64,000 nt of DNA from Octopus bimaculoides (GCF_001194135.2 NC_068993.1:62561706-62625705); one strand, 5' to 3'; positions 24,842 through 39,775 are shown, counted from the first letter of the stretch. The notes: generated from the sequence alone by a model not told the origin. Translations and numbers: made by a program.

Positions 24842-25899
24842 TATTAGTGCTATATAATGTATAACGTGCTGTCGCCTGGTGAATACGTTACTGCGATGCT
24901 CACAAGGACTGTGGCTAGTTTGGGCAATTGAAACGGAAATCTGTAAAACTCGGCGACGTATTTGATTGAATTTAATGATAGAGTTAAGAACCTTTCTTAC
25001 CAGTCGTTCATTCCAGCTGTTTGGTTGTGAAAGTATGGAATCTTAATTGTATGATAATGCAGTCAATGATCAGTATTAATGGATGAATGATTTACAAGGT
25101 GTATTAAGTTATCTGCATACATTTTATTAATCAGAGTTCTCGATGTAATGAGAGGTGTATAGAAACTGGATCATAATGTGGCTTAATTACTGGTATAAAT
25201 TTAAGAATTCGGTTGATTTGAAACCTTTCGGTTGACTTACATGTTTAATTGTTAATGCATATTTTAATACCTTCAGGATTACCTCTATCATTATATTGTT
25301 CATTGACAAAAATAATCATAACTGAATTCTTAAATATATCAAAGAGAAAATAACGGAGGAAAATAATATTATGTGGTAAATAATACCACAAGACAACGAA
25401 AAGAGAGGTTGAAAGCTAACTATGGTTCGAACGCTCTATTCTAATAATAGAAACTGGCAATACCTAGCCAGGAATAATTACGAACTTGAAATAATGAAAG
25501 AATACTTATACCATGTCCACTCTAAACAGCAATTGCTGTGAGACAAATTACCGTATAATTTCTGACAGAAAGACCTTGCCAAGTTTAAGTATATTCACAG
25601 AAACGATTAAGTAGCTATATCTGCTGGAGAATCGATGCGAAAACGAAAAAGAAACGGTACCAAAAGTCTACCAAAGAAGGTACACTACGACCCCGACGTA
25701 ACTAAAATCAGCTGAGACATGACTGAACAGACTAAGAAATTTAAAAAAAAAAAACAATTAATTAGATTTAATTATCAAGACAAAGAACGAAAACCCTGTC
25801 TATTCTGATTTAACCTGAAGAATACCTGGAAGGAGATAAAGAGGTCCGAGGTATATAGCGTTTGATCATTGGACGATCCCATCATTGGCTGCATTGTAA

Positions 25900-26047
25900 G
25901 ACGTTTGCTTCCTGACCGGGTTCAGTCTTACTGCGTGGCACAAGTGTCATCTACTATAACCTCCGGTCGACCAAAGACTTGTGAGTGGATTCAGTAGACA
26001 GAAACTGATAGAAACCCGTCATGCATACACATACCTACATACATACA

Positions 26048-26078
<31 letters not shown>

Positions 26079-26300
26079 GTGCGTGTGTATGAGTGTGTGT
26101 GTGTATGCATGTTTGTCCCCTACCACTGCTTGACAACTTGTGCTGGTGTGTCCACGTCTTCATAACTTAGCGGTTTGGCAAATACAGGGGGATCGAATAA
26201 GTGGCAGGCTTAAGAATGATAAGCACTGCGGTCGATTCGTTCGACTAAAATTGTTCAAGACGGAGTCCCAGCATGGCCGCAGACTAATAACTGCAACACC
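25900..26300 (+). mobile_element. SINE family B copy
   Basis: gggttcagtcttactgcgtggcacaagtgtcatctactataacc...gacttgtgagtggattcagtagacagaaactg...(CATA)n...cagcatggccgcagactaataactg. Confidence 0.75.
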
Positions 26301-27359
26301 TTAGTTACAGAGTTGATCGATTAGGCGTAACCGAGAAGTAAATAAGGGCAACAACAACAACAACCTCTCACTTTGTTGTATGACGAAGTTCCTACTTTAT
26401 ATCCGATCAACAACTTTAAACTGTCAAAGATGGTCTGAGTATTTTTCAAAACGAGACAGAAAAAACGAGAGTATTTTGAAGACGGAAAATTCTTTTTATC
26501 TTCTGGTTATTTTAAAGACATTGGCCATTAAACATTAAAACGTTTCAACAAGATTGTGTCTTTTTTTATTCACTCTAAGAATGGCTGAAAATTGACAGAT
26601 TATTTATATTATATAATTGAGACATCTTGAACAAATACGACTCTGTGTGTATGGAGGGGGGTGTTTGTGTGTGTGTGTGCATGTGTGTATGTGTAAGTAT
26701 GCATGGACGGTATGTGTGTAATTTATGTGACTTTATGGGCCTATGTGTGTGAATGTATGTAGTGCGGATACGTATTTTGTGTGTGTGTGTGTGTGAGTCT
26801 GTGTGTGTGTGTGTGAGTCTGTGTGTGTGTGTGTGTTTGCGTGTGTATGTATGTATGCATGATCAACATGTGTTTGATCACAAGTCTATCATCTGTTTTC
26901 ATATGTTGACATTTCCAAGACTTATCTACTTACTCATTCGCAATGCAAACTTTAATCTTAACCACCATTCATCAATAAGAAATAAACTCAAGAAGGACCG
27001 TAAGTAAGCTGTAAGTTCTGGGACAAATTAATTCACGATTCGGTTTCGCTGCCTAATCAGAAAATCGCTGCCCAGTTGAAAAGAAGTACCAGATAGTGCG
27101 TTCGAGTCGCGATTCCCAAACCGGGTGTCACATTTTGTTCTTGAGCAAAACAACTTTATTTTTACCAAATCCATTAACCTGGAAATGAGTTGCAGCTAAC
27201 TCTGCGACGGACTGGTGAGGAAGCGGACGGCTGTGCTTTCGGTTGCTTATTGACCATGGAGACCAAATGAACTTCGGCTTAATGGTCATGTGTATTCGTG
27301 ACAGACATAAAAGACCTAAGAAATCCTAATCGGATTCCGTTGAAGTTTTTATTTGGCAT

Positions 27360-27720
27360 CGGTTTAAATCAATATTGAAGAACTCTAAACTACCCATTTA
27401 ACACTGCTTCACATCAATATCGAACTCCTAAAAACACCAATTTATAATCAATAACATACCGAATCCTCTACTGTCCTCGACTAATGCTCCTTGAAACAAA
27501 CATACAACTCCTATAAACCAGCCATTTGACGCTGTCTTGGATCAATAGTGAACTTTTATAGACGTCCTTATTTAACACTTGCTTAAATCAATTTTGATAC
27601 ACTATAAAGTCCTCGTTTAGCAGGAAGAACTAGACAGTCCTTGGTTGACACTACTTAACTTGATATTGAACTCTTATAACCTATCTCATTCAATTGTAAG
27701 TTACTAAAAATACTTTTATG
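27360..27720. repeat. Highly degenerate tandem repeat with a unit of about 40-50 bp
   Basis: Recurring tcaatattgaactc(c/t)tataaac...atttaacactgctt motif, about six to seven units judged by eye. Confidence 0.45.
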
Positions 27721-28686
27721 ACAAACTCTATCGTAGGTAAGACTCTTACATTGAACTAGAAAAGGTCGCCAAGCGTTCATAATGTTATTTTGGAGATATG
27801 TTTAGATAAATTTATGCCAAAAATAATCATGATGGCTTGTTCGTTCGTTCGATGATGAAACACAGATAGACACATGTTGTGGATGAGAGAGAAGAAAGAG
27901 AAAGATCAGAAGTGGAGAGAGAGAAGAAGCAAAAACAGAAAGAGAAAGAGCAGTGAAGCGTGATTCGAAATAACATCGACATTATATTATTCCAGTATGA
28001 AATGTCATATCCGGGATGTGTAAATGTACGATGGATCTAACAGAATTTCGTTTTGTTAAGAGCACAACCGTCTACACCACACCGCCACCATACTACCTCT
28101 GCTCCGAAAAAAATATGAATACACGCGCACGCGCACTCTCACACAGAAACACAAATTTATTCATTTCGGTGTCAATGGGTACTCCAAATAGTTTCATCTA
28201 AAAACGTTTTTATACATCCATTCAGTTATGCGACTTAATAATTTCTCTCGAACTGTGTCCACAATTTAATGATTAATAATAATGCCATATTTATTTTTTG
28301 ATTTTTGGACAAATAAGGTAACATAACGTATAACTAAAAGCATTTTGGTAGAAAGCATCTATTAGACTTATGCACCGACCATGTAATATTACACCGCATT
28401 AAAAAGACATCCACTTTTCCTATCTTCCGAAGAAAGACAAGCATCCGAAACGTCGGCTTTCTCTATATCACTTGTAGTATTTGTATACATTTTTACCAGC
28501 TCAGAACAGTATTGTTTCGACACGTAAGAGCGAATTATTATCTTAGCGAATTATTACAAAACTTAAATGAATATAATGTTGAACAGTTTCAATGTTATAC
28601 AAGTGAAGGAATCATTTTTTTTTTTACATAACTAAATGTCGGCTTATCTGTCTGTTTCACTACCTGTCTATCAATCTATCTCTCTG

Positions 28687-28747
<61 letters not shown>

Positions 28748-28901
28748 GTATCTATCTATATATATATATATATCTGTCTGTCTGTCTATCTATTTATCTA
28801 TCTATCTATTTATCTATCTGTCTGTCTGTCTGTTTGTCTGTATGTCTGTCTATGCGCCTGCCTGCCTGTCCATCTGTCTATCTACCTATCTATCTACCTA
28901 C

Positions 28902-28941
<40 letters not shown>

Positions 28942-28946
28942 TTATC

Positions 28947-29000
<54 letters not shown>
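28687..29000. repeat. (TCTA)n/(TCTG)n microsatellite array
   Basis: Seen directly; it explains the spurious LSIY ORFs. Confidence 0.95.
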
Positions 29001-29987
29001 ACTGTCTGTCTACTTATCTGTCTATCTCTCTATCTGTCTATCTCTCTATCTATCTATACATACACACACACACATAGTAGAATTAGAAATAGAAAGTCTT
29101 TGCAATAGTATTATATATTTAAAAACATGAACAGAAATGGCTTTTCTGATAATTTTCCGCTTTAATAATTAGATAAACATCTAATTATTAAAGTTGAAAA
29201 CCTATTGATATTTTTCAAGTATGTTTATATATATATATACACACACACATACAATCACACACGCTTATATATGTATATAATGCGTGTGTATGGGGAAAGC
29301 GCACGAAGATGCGCGTGATTGTTTGTTTGTTTGTTTGTTTGTGTATATGTGTGTACTTTTATGAAAAGTCAAAGACCTGAAAGAGTGTTACCCACTTTAT
29401 ATTAAGAAAAATGTCTGATGTTAATGGTGTTATTTTGAGGATTGTATATAAATTTGCTAAATATAGCTTAGAAGGTCCGTTACTTCTCTTTTGAAACGAA
29501 AATTCCCGCTGTGCCTAAAAAGCAAGCACTCTATCTTCATTCGATACAAGATTCGAAAGACGTTCACCCTACATAGAATGCAATATCCGGGATTTCTAAT
29601 GAAAATGCAATGGATCTGTCGAACGACAGAAATTGACGAAGATGTCGCCGAAGATCTCTTCCATGAAAAGTATGTTAAGTAACATAAATAATGGAGGGGG
29701 ATTGTGAAAAGCTCTGACGCAAACACAAGCACTTACATACACACGGACGTGCACACACCCATATATTGTCTGTACATACACACACAGACACACACATATA
29801 TATATATGCATGTATGTGCGTATTATACATATGGTTATGTATGTGTGCGCGTTCTTGCGCGTGTATGAATTCAACAACTATGATTTGAAAATACGTAGTA
29901 CTTCCGCTTCTTGCTGAGAGCTTTCTTCCAGTTAAAGTAGTTACTCAAAGTGAGTTACAGAGGAATTTTTCTCTCACGTGATATATG

Positions 29988-30053
<66 letters not shown>

Positions 30054-30769
30054 TATATGCTTCTTTTTGGTTGATAATAATGAATTGGAACTTTGCATGG
30101 AACTCATTCAAATTCCTTGTATTCTTCACATTTCAAACTTTATCTGTAAGTATGTAACTCCTAGTTTTTCATCACGATAGGACATATTTCTGTTAAGAAA
30201 ATTTCTTAAACATTTGTGTTTCCAATGTGTGTGCTTTCTAAATTTTCATGGTGATTTATATTTCAATAAATACGATGCCATTTTCGTATATATTTATCCT
30301 AGCTGTGAAATCCAACTGCATGTGGGTCTTTTTGGCATCTAAGCATCAAATTCAAACCGATTTTTATGTAAGCGAATGAGACTCAGTTCCCGTATACCTT
30401 ATATTTTAATCTATTCTACTACTATCCTTCGGCATTTTAAGTAAATAAATTCTGAAGAGTTGTTAATAATGACAATATCTCTACGTTCGATCTTCAACTC
30501 ACTCTGTCAAGAAAGCTATCGTATTCTAAATTTCACATACATATGTATATTCGCATATATATGTATTCACAATACACAATGTATAGGAATTTATTTTCTA
30601 CTCTTTGCTTGTAATATTTTAAGTCCATAATTTTCCTTTAAAAGTATACGGCAGGGGATTCTGGAGCCCATTTACCCTCTTAAACGTCTGCTTCCTCGAG
30701 CTTACATTTGAGGCGCAACGCCTGGTTAATTGTCAGGCAGTTGGACTACTTTCTATAACAGGAAATCCC

Positions 30770-31255
30770 AGCTGAGCAATTTGCCCGCTGTGCTAACAAT
30801 TCTTTCATTTTCCTGCCCTAAGGATCACTAGCTTCAAATTCTTGACACAATGCCAGCAATTTTCGGGGGGGGGGAGGTTATATGCTGATTACTTCGATCT
30901 CAGCACTCAACTGGAACTTATTTTATCGACCTCGAAAGGATGAAAGGCAAACTCTACCCCGGCTGTATTTAAATGATTCTGCCAGGTTGCCACCCTTAAG
31001 AATTATTGACATTAATTTCACATTTTGACACAAGGCCAGCAAATTCGTGGGGAACGCGTAAGCCGATTGTTATGCTTAGCGGCATTTCGTCCGTCTTTAC
31101 ATTCTGAGTTCAATCTCCGCCGAAGTCGACTTTGTATTTCATCCCTTTGGGGTCGATTAAATAAGTACCAGTTGAGCATCTTTGTCAACGTAATCGACTT
31201 AACTCCACTCTCCCGAAATTGCTGGCTTTGTGCCAAGATTTGAAACCAATACTAA
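30770..31255. mobile_element. Cluster of SINE family A pieces in opposite orientations (minus 30770-31070, plus 31073-31255)
   Basis: Minus: cttattttatcgacctcgaaaggatgaaaggcaaa. Plus: atgcttagcggcatttcgtccgtctttacattctgagttcaa...gtcgactttgtatttcatccctttggggtcgattaaataagtaccag. Confidence 0.75.
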
Positions 31256-32215
31256 TTTGTTGTTTGTTGTTGTTTCAACGAGTTTCAAAATACCTTGCGG
31301 TTCGGCATTTATTACAGTAGTCTACATTCTGAGTTCAAATATCCACGATGTCAACAGCCGGGGTAGATGAAATGAAGTATCACCCAAGATCTGAGGTCGA
31401 TGGTACCGAATGATTCTTCCCTTCAAAACTGATAGTCTTCGGTTGAAATTTAAAAACAATGAAACGATAGTGAATTGGCAGAATTTTCAGACTGTCGGAA
31501 AATGACCTTGCAGTATTTGGCCTAGTGTCCTACCACTCCACGTGCCAAATTCAAATCCCGGGTGTATCCTATTTAAAACTTGGTGCTTGACGAGCAGGTC
31601 ATCGAAGCCAAAGTCCAACCCAGCACAAGATATTCCTCCATGATTTACTATTGTATAAGGTGAACGCAGCTTTACAAAGAATACGCAACTCTAATGAACT
31701 ATATGGGGCTCACATTAATTTTCCCCATTTTTACACAATAAATACTCTCTGGATTTATTAGTTCTTGTATAATTAAGTGGAGCTATGATCAAAAGATAAT
31801 CCAGTTGTGACTACATTTTTTAAAACTCACTTTTATCTTGGATCATTATTTAACGCTGTTCGCTTAATAGAGTAAAATGGGCTTTCCTAATGACTTTACT
31901 TCCAGCTGGTGAAGGGATCGGGTTCAGGCTCCACCTTTGTTCCTTGGTTCAGTGTATTTTAAAAGATTATATTGTCATAGCAGAGCGCTGACTAAAGTAG
32001 CAGCAGACTATGATTAACTTTGGACAAAGGAGAGAGTGAGAAAGCAGAAAAGAGAGACAGGGAGAGAGGGAGAGAGAGAGGGAAAGAAAGAAAGAAATTT
32101 GTTAGCGTGTGTAAATGTCTTGCGGAAGTCGGGAACGGAAGCTATATCAAAATAAGAAAATGGAGAGAAATTGAAGAGAAAATTGTCTGTTACTGGAATA
32201 TATACATATATACGC

Positions 32216-32262
<47 letters not shown>

Positions 32263-32294
32263 CAGATAGATAGATAGACAGACAGAAAGATAGA

Positions 32295-32329
<35 letters not shown>

Positions 32330-32622
32330 ATAGATAGATAGAGTATACTAAGATATGGATTCAGAGTGATGCGAGAGAGATGTGTGTGTGTGAGTGTGTG
32401 TGTATCCGTGCACACGCAACAAATCGAAAAGAATCAAGCAGGACACAATGACCTGGCTATAAGATATTAATTCATGGAAGACGTTCTCACTGCAGGTAGG
32501 CCACCGGCTAAACATTTTTCGATTGAATTTTGGATTGTGTAATATTTACAGATTTACCATCGCATTTTCTCAAATCTCCGATGATGGATGATGATGATGA
32601 TGATGACGACGACAACAGTTCT

Positions 32623-32679
<57 letters not shown>

Positions 32680-35289
32680 AACTACTGCGACGACGACGAC
32701 ATCGATGATGACAACGATAGTAATATTGGCCATGAATGGATTTTTCTAGGATCTATATTTAATTAACCAGACAATATTAGATACACGATGCAATCTGCAT
32801 TGATATTCAGAGGATAACAGAATTCCTGGAAAAAAGATTATTTTCCTATATTTCAGAGAGATGGGTTAATGCAGAAATCTCTCAACTGTAAAATAGACGC
32901 TAATGGGAGGTTGTGATATTTGTCCTCCATCAAGTAAATGTCAAGTGTTAGCCACCTCACAGCAATGTGGTCGCGGGTTCGATTAGGGAAAAGATTCCTC
33001 ACGTAACCTCAGGTTAACCGATGCTTCAGAAGAGAAAACCCATTGATGGAAACTGTGCGGAAGCCTGTGTATATTAAAATGAAGTTGCAAAACGAAATAT
33101 AATATCCCTGACAGCAGTTATTTCCTCAATATATCACAATGGAACTTCTACACAGACAGCAGAGCATTGGTTTACTTTTTCTGTCTCTGTAAAACGTTCG
33201 CGTTTTTTTATAAACCTAACTGTAATATGTAAGAAAGGGATATTGTATATAACTGTTTCTTATACCATGACAAGGCTTCATATTTTTAAAGAGAACAAAA
33301 AAAACTAATAATGCACGATTTTCATCGTCCACTCAATCATAAAGTGTGAACTGAAGTGAAATTGCACAACCGATCGACATTTGCTCATGTTTGATCAATC
33401 AGTTGTTTGAGGTGTCATTTCTCCTCTATCCTGCTTGCTTGTATTACATACATTTGCGAAGCACTTTCACTGAAATACTTCAATGTTGTTATTGACACAA
33501 GAAAAGCATCCGTGTAAATAGTTTTATGTAACATACGTCAGTAACATTGAATAAAACTCTTTATACTATTTGTAAATTTATGGAAAAGAAAAGAAAGACG
33601 TGCATTCTGAAAGATCTGTTGAAGAAGACCTCTTCTGAAGTACTGGAAATACTCATGTTTCATAAAAGATTCATTTTGCTTTCATGGTTTTTTTTTCTTT
33701 TCTCTTCTTTTAAGGATTCTTTCTCGGTTTAGCTTTTTTTTCTGTCCTTGTTTTTAATGTGTTCACTCTTTTGAAGTTTTGCTCAGTATTTTCAAAGTTA
33801 AATCGATGTGTTCCATCTTGGTATTAGACAGTAATAGAAATTTGAAAGAGAAGAGAGCAACAGGAAGACTGAGAAGACAATTAACATAGCAGTAACAAAT
33901 ATGATCTAATTTGAGGAAATGAAATACTCGCGTCCTTTAATGATGGTCACCACACGGTAAATATCGATGCCTAGTTCGTGCCTCGTCAGAAAGTGAGGTT
34001 GTTTGTTTTCTGTCTCGAATCGATGCTAAAAATTTCCGATATCATTTGCATTTATAACTGAGAGGCTAATTTATATTTTCAGAGCTCTATAATATTGATA
34101 TCTCTTGGAAAGATGTATTATTAGAATCGATAGAGTGTCGAAAAATGCCACTTGCAATCAAGAATTTTATAAACTTTCGAGAGAACGTGAAATAATTCTT
34201 ATTTGGAACAATGTATCTCAAAGCTCAAAAAACCATAAATAATAGAATGTGGATATCGAGTTACAAAAGCCCTTTCTATATGATACTGTATAATCATTTG
34301 CCAAAAGCCACATAACATTATACTTCCAACAAGTTAAACAAGAGAATTCGCTTTGAGCCCATCTCTATTAAGTCGACCATTTACATTCTCCCTGTTCTTA
34401 ACCAGTTCATAAACAGGTTTGGATTTTCCCAGACTGCTTTTCAAAGGAATCAACACGATGACGAAAGTTAATGCAGAGATCGTTCTCCTTAAAATGGCTC
34501 CTCACCGAATTTCACATTTCTTAACTTTTTAACATTTAAACTGGCCATATCAGGACCAAATATTCTACCGCTTTATATTTTAAACCAGTCGGATCTAGCC
34601 ACCCACACCTGTCCTACCATATCATTCAAAAAGTAGTCACATCATTGATACATTCAACTCCGAGATAACACATGATAAATTCAAGACAATCTGAATAACA
34701 AATAAGCATTACATTTGACAGAGTAATCTGAATGCGAAAGGGTTACGGATTTATTTCCCGAATTCATTTTCCCATCATACCATTGTTTTGTTTTGTCTTT
34801 TTCTAAGAAAGCCATTAATCTTCTCAAGGATTCCAAGGCTGCTCGGCTGTTTTAAATGTTATCATGTACATTTTTGCGTTTTCTTGTAGTCAATCCAAAC
34901 AACAGCTAAGTTATTTTTTTCCATTTAGTTCCCCTTATTTCCTTTCCGCGTTCCATTTGTCCTTTTCTGAAAAGTTTTCCCTTCTGAAGAGAGATATACA
35001 AGACATCTCCAGTGAGACGAGTTTGCAATTTCCAGTGCATTGGTAAATATGTAACAGGAATATAATTACTGAGTCTTCCATTTTCCTTATTCTTTCTGAA
35101 TTAAACCTATTCTTACTTTTGTCATCTTTCTTGGGTTTCCATTCTCAATACACACAGTAAAAAATGGCTGTATGTATTTGCTCATTCTTGTGAGATTTTA
35201 AAGCCAAAATCTCTTAACTCTCCTTTCCTGGAGCTTTACACTTCAAACTCTTTTCAAGCATTTCCTTTCCTTTACCGTAATGTTGATAC

Positions 35290-36620
35290 CACTTCAGGGT
35301 TCCAACGCCATACCGAACTACTGCGACTACGCGCGAGTTCATTGCCGAAATAATTCTTCTGGTATTTAGTTTTGAAGCCAATATTTTCTTACACGCCCCA
35401 GGTACTCTCTTTTTGTCTTTTCCTCCATGCCATTGTGTTTGATTCCATCTACCTCAAGTATTTCCAGTATTTATAGCTGTATTTTCGCCACTTGGCAACC
35501 ATATGCCTTCTGTTCTGAAAAGCTTTCTTCGTGTCGTCACCATCGTAGCACATTTTGAGAGCTCAAACTCCATCTTAATATCATTGGCAAAAATCCGCAC
35601 AGACTGGACTAGGCTGTCCAGTTCTACCTCAGTTTTCGTGAATAGCTTCAGGTCGTCCATGAATACTATGTGATTCAGTTTTCCCTCACCTTTTCCCAGA
35701 TCATACCCCAACTTTGTTTTCTGTAGTATTTCACTCAAGAGGAATATTCACAGCATGAAGATCAGTGAGGTCACACTGTCTCCCTGGAAGATTCCTCTCT
35801 TGATTTTCACCTCTTTTAATACTTGATTCCTTGCTGTCAATTCCGTTCTCCAGCATTTCATGCTATTCCATATAAGGCTTCACATATTCTCTGCTACTCC
35901 ACACATTTCCATTGTTTTTATTATCTAGGAGTGTGGTATCATATCGTATGCTTTACGATAGTCAACCCATGCCATGCTCAGGTTTGTGTGTCTTCTCTCG
36001 CAGCTCCTGATAATTAGATTATCAATTAAGAAGCTCATCCTTCGTTCCCCGCCTCCTCTTTCGGCACCCTTTCTGTTCAATAGGTAACAGCCCACTGTTT
36101 CCCAGGTATGTATACAGTTCACCGGACAACGCACCTGACTTTAGTTTCCACATTAGCGGAAGGCCCGTTATTGGTCTGAAGTTGGGTGCAACGTTTCCCT
36201 TTTCAGGATCTTTGGCAAACAACGATGTCTTTCCCTTTGTCATCCAGCTGGGTACTGCGCCTTTCTGTAAGCACTCATCTAGCTGTTGCGCTATCCTTTC
36301 ATTGAGCCCTCTCAGCTTCTTCATCTAATAACTTTGGACCCCATTCTGTCCTGGGCCCTTCCAATTTGGGAATATATATTTTAACCTGCTTTTTTTATCA
36401 TTTCTGTAGTTATCTTTATGTCTTCTTGGCCTTCTATATTTCTTAACCTCATCTTAGATTTCATGCAGCCACTTTCTTCCTCATTATGCTCTGCAGGTTG
36501 ATCTCTCCACAATGCCCTACTATCCTCTACATCTGGTATCATTGTTACGTGTATTTGCCCATCTAGTTCCTGAAACATCTTCCTGGTCTTCTCTAATATA
36601 TTAGCTCAGCATCCTCACTA
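35290..36620 (-). mobile_element. Decayed non-LTR retrotransposon reverse transcriptase, R4/Dong-like clade
   Basis: Frameshifted RT motifs in order: NFRPITGLPLMWKL, EQKGCRKRRRGTKDELL, AWVDYRKAYDMIPHS, RGIFQGDSVTSLIF, HIVFMDDLKLF, MEFELSKCA, then VRKILASKLNTRRIISAMNSRVVAVVRYG. Confidence 0.85.
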
Positions 36621-36687
36621 TATCTCGTTGGTTATCATCGTATCCTTGTGCTATAGCTCTTCCTATTACTTCTGCTTTGCTTCATTT

Positions 36688-36742
<55 letters not shown>

Positions 36743-37646
36743 CCAGTAACGAGGTGCTCTTGTTCATCATCGTCGTCATTATCCTTGTTATTGTTTTATT
36801 GTCAATAGTTTGATGTGGGCATAATTTATCTTCCCCTGCTCACAATGTCTTCTTCTATACATACTTGATATGATATTGTAAAAATTCCCTTATTGTATTT
36901 TGCATCGGTTATTTTAAACATTTCATTCTTTCATTTTATTTGTATTGATTATCTGGTTTATCATCATTAGACATTTCTATATCGTTCTGGGTTTCTTTAT
37001 TTCAATTTTTTTTTCTTCATTTGGTGTCTTTTCCAATGACTTTTTAAAGAACAAATATAAAGGAATTGGCGCGCTTGACTGGGTTCAGAATTGATACAAG
37101 ACATAACAATGGTTACCCCTCGAGGGAAATACAATTTAGATCCACAGAGGTCGTCGTATATTATGAATACGAAGAAAACTCAGGCAACGATCAATGAAAG
37201 GAAACCTAGAAACTGAACATGTTTATTGGTTCAGAGACTTCCATACAATTTGTATTACGCTTGAGATATTTATGAGAATGGCAACCTCGTTAAAAAGCCT
37301 CAATCATAAATTTAATTAATTAGATGCAGTCAGTAAGAGGCAAAAATTTTATGTTACAGATGGCTGTTTATAAAGAAAGCATAACTGAAATATTAGTGAA
37401 ATTTTCGTTCAAAATTGTGTCTTATCTCCTACGGTTAAATGAGCCACACTAATGCAAAACTAAAATTGTGATTTTGTGTGGAAACTGAAAATATATTTTT
37501 CTTCGGTAGACGCAATATTTCAGATTTATGTCTGTTTGTGTCTGTTGTTAAGTTCAAAGCAACTTCTCTGGATTTGAATGGCTGGTTTCCCTATCCCATC
37601 GTATTTTTTCAGACAAATTTTAATTAGGACAAAATTATCCGAAATA

Positions 37647-38065
37647 AAGACGGTGGGCTGAGAGAATTGCTCGCACGCCGGACAAAATGCTTAACGGCAT
37701 TACATTCGTCTTTACGCTATGATTTCATTCCACCGAGATCGACTTTGTCTTTCATCCCTTTCGGGGTCGTTAAAATAAGTATCAATTAAGTACTGGGGTC
37801 GATGTAATCGATTCATCCCCTCCCTTGAAATTGCTGGCCTCGTACCAAAATTTGAAACCGATATTAGTTGTGGACAGTTAGCTGGCTGAATTGTTACCTC
37901 GCCGGAAAAACTGCTTAGCCGCATCACTTCTGACTTTGCGTCCGGAGATCATATGCCGCTGGGGTTGGCTTTGCTTTTCATTCTTCCTGGGTCGATAAAA
38001 TAAGTACCCGTTGAACACTGGCATCTCCCGAAGTTGATGGCCTTGTGCCAAAATTTATAACCAAA
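37647..38065 (+). mobile_element. Two tandem SINE family A copies (37647-37865 and 37880-38065)
   Basis: gcacgccggacaaaatgcttaacggc...gatcgactttgtctttcatccctttcggggtcg...tactggggtcgatgtaatcga; the second copy is more diverged. Confidence 0.8.
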
Positions 38066-39297
38066 ATTTGTAGCCTGTATTATAAACTCCATTAAAGGCG
38101 ATTCCGTTTATAATACCAATATCAATAAAGAAAAGGCGTGACTTTCTCATTCTCTTTCGTACACATTTGTCTCCTTACGATTAAATAAGTCACACTTGAT
38201 GTCGTGTAGCATAATATCAAATATACGATAAGAAAAGTTCCCTTTAACCTGAGAAATATTTCTAACAAATCTATAAACAGCTTCGTATTGGTACTATTGA
38301 CACAAATATTTGTTTAGACAATCTATGAAGAAATCTACCGTCGTCCTACCATTTCTCTTTCCTTTTATAAATTACTCTTTCAACCAGAATATCGACTTTT
38401 ATTACCTACGACCAAATTTTCGCAGTTTTAATGGCCAAACACACACAGAAACAATTTGTACCAAGCTCTACCTCACAATCTCGAAGAGAATAATGTTTAT
38501 TAGAAGCGTTGCAGATGATAAGTATGAAAAAAATGTCACCAGCCTTCTAGTATTCTCGGTGCATTGTTCCTGTAATTCAATTGTATTCATAATAGAAGCT
38601 TCTAAATATAATTACCTCAGTGATATGTGCTGATAAGTTGTAAATATAATTTCTACTCGGAATTCTTTCAATGTGAAGGTGCAATAACCTTAATAGGAAG
38701 GGATGGCTAATTATTTGACATGACAGAGGTAAAATTTATTTGCCTGCCATAAAACCTATTTCACTGGGGATTTCATAGAAATTATGGTTTGGTTTCGGAC
38801 TAAGTGCGTGCGTGCATGCGCGCACACATGCGTATGAGTGTGTGCGTATGCGTGCGTGTGTGTATGTGTATGTGTATATGTATGTGTTTATGTGTATTTG
38901 TATGCATGGATCTTTGTAAGCTGGGAGACAGACAATTCTTCTTGGAATTGTCTGATTTGGTAGCCAATTCCTTGAATATCTGTCATATTCTGATAAGAAT
39001 GCCAAGATTCTGAGATGTATATTTTTGTAATCGCATATAATCTGACAGTTAAAGACAATCACAGAAGGAGGTCTGTAATAGCTATCCGTTACCTAATCTC
39101 ATAAGAATCTAATATTATCTTTGTGACAAGGGTTATTTAGCTCCTGACAACCGAGAGTGACAAAGCCACCTTAAACTGAACTGCATAGCAACTCGATACA
39201 TGCATCTGCAAATACATGATGCAGCTATACATTGTATATTTTGCCACATGTGTATGAAAGTATCTTGATAAAATGATATGAAAAGCATTCGAGACTA

Positions 39298-39775
39298 TGG
39301 GTGCAGGCTTGGCTGAGTGGTAATAAGCTTGCTTCACAACTATATGGTTTCGCGTTCGGTCCCATTGCGTAGCACCTTCGACAATTGTCTACTACAATAT
39401 CCTCGGGCTTACTGAGGCTTTGTGAGTAAATTTGGTGGAAACGGAAACTGTATGAAATCCCATCGTATATTTATATGTGTCTGTCTGTGTGTCTTGTGCA
39501 TCGATTTTCATTTGTTTACGTCCCCGTAACGTAGTAGCTCTTCCAAATAAACCAAATAAGTAGAATCAGTACCAAACATAGACAACAAAATTAGTACGGG
39601 GGGGGGGGNNNNNNNNNNNNNNNNNNNNNNNNNNNNNNNNNNNNNAATAAACCAAATAAGTAGAATCAGTACCAAACATAGACAACAAAATTAGTACGGG
39701 GGGGGGGGTGACTTGTTCGACTGAAACGCTAGCTTGACCACCGTCCAGTGACTGAAACTAGTAAAAGATGAAAGA
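39298..39775 (+). mobile_element. SINE family B copy (spans an N-gap)
   Basis: ggtgcaggcttggctgagtggtaataagcttgcttcacaactatatggtttcgcgttcggtcccattgcgtagcaccttcg...; tail gtgactgaaactagtaaaagatgaaag. Confidence 0.75.

Noticed and set aside
25381-25900. Long plus-strand frame with scattered stops, and similar stretches at 6900-7150, 7620-7960 and 24880-25300
   Set aside because: Possibly decayed retroelement coding sequence, but I can name no diagnostic motif without a database search.
28636-29108. ORFs of repeating LSIY, YI, HT, CV or ER residues throughout the window
   Set aside because: These are translations of microsatellites.
39546-39708. 63-bp direct repeat on either side of the gap at 39609-39645
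   Set aside because: Identical sequence flanking a short N-gap after a poly-G run is a typical unmerged contig overlap.
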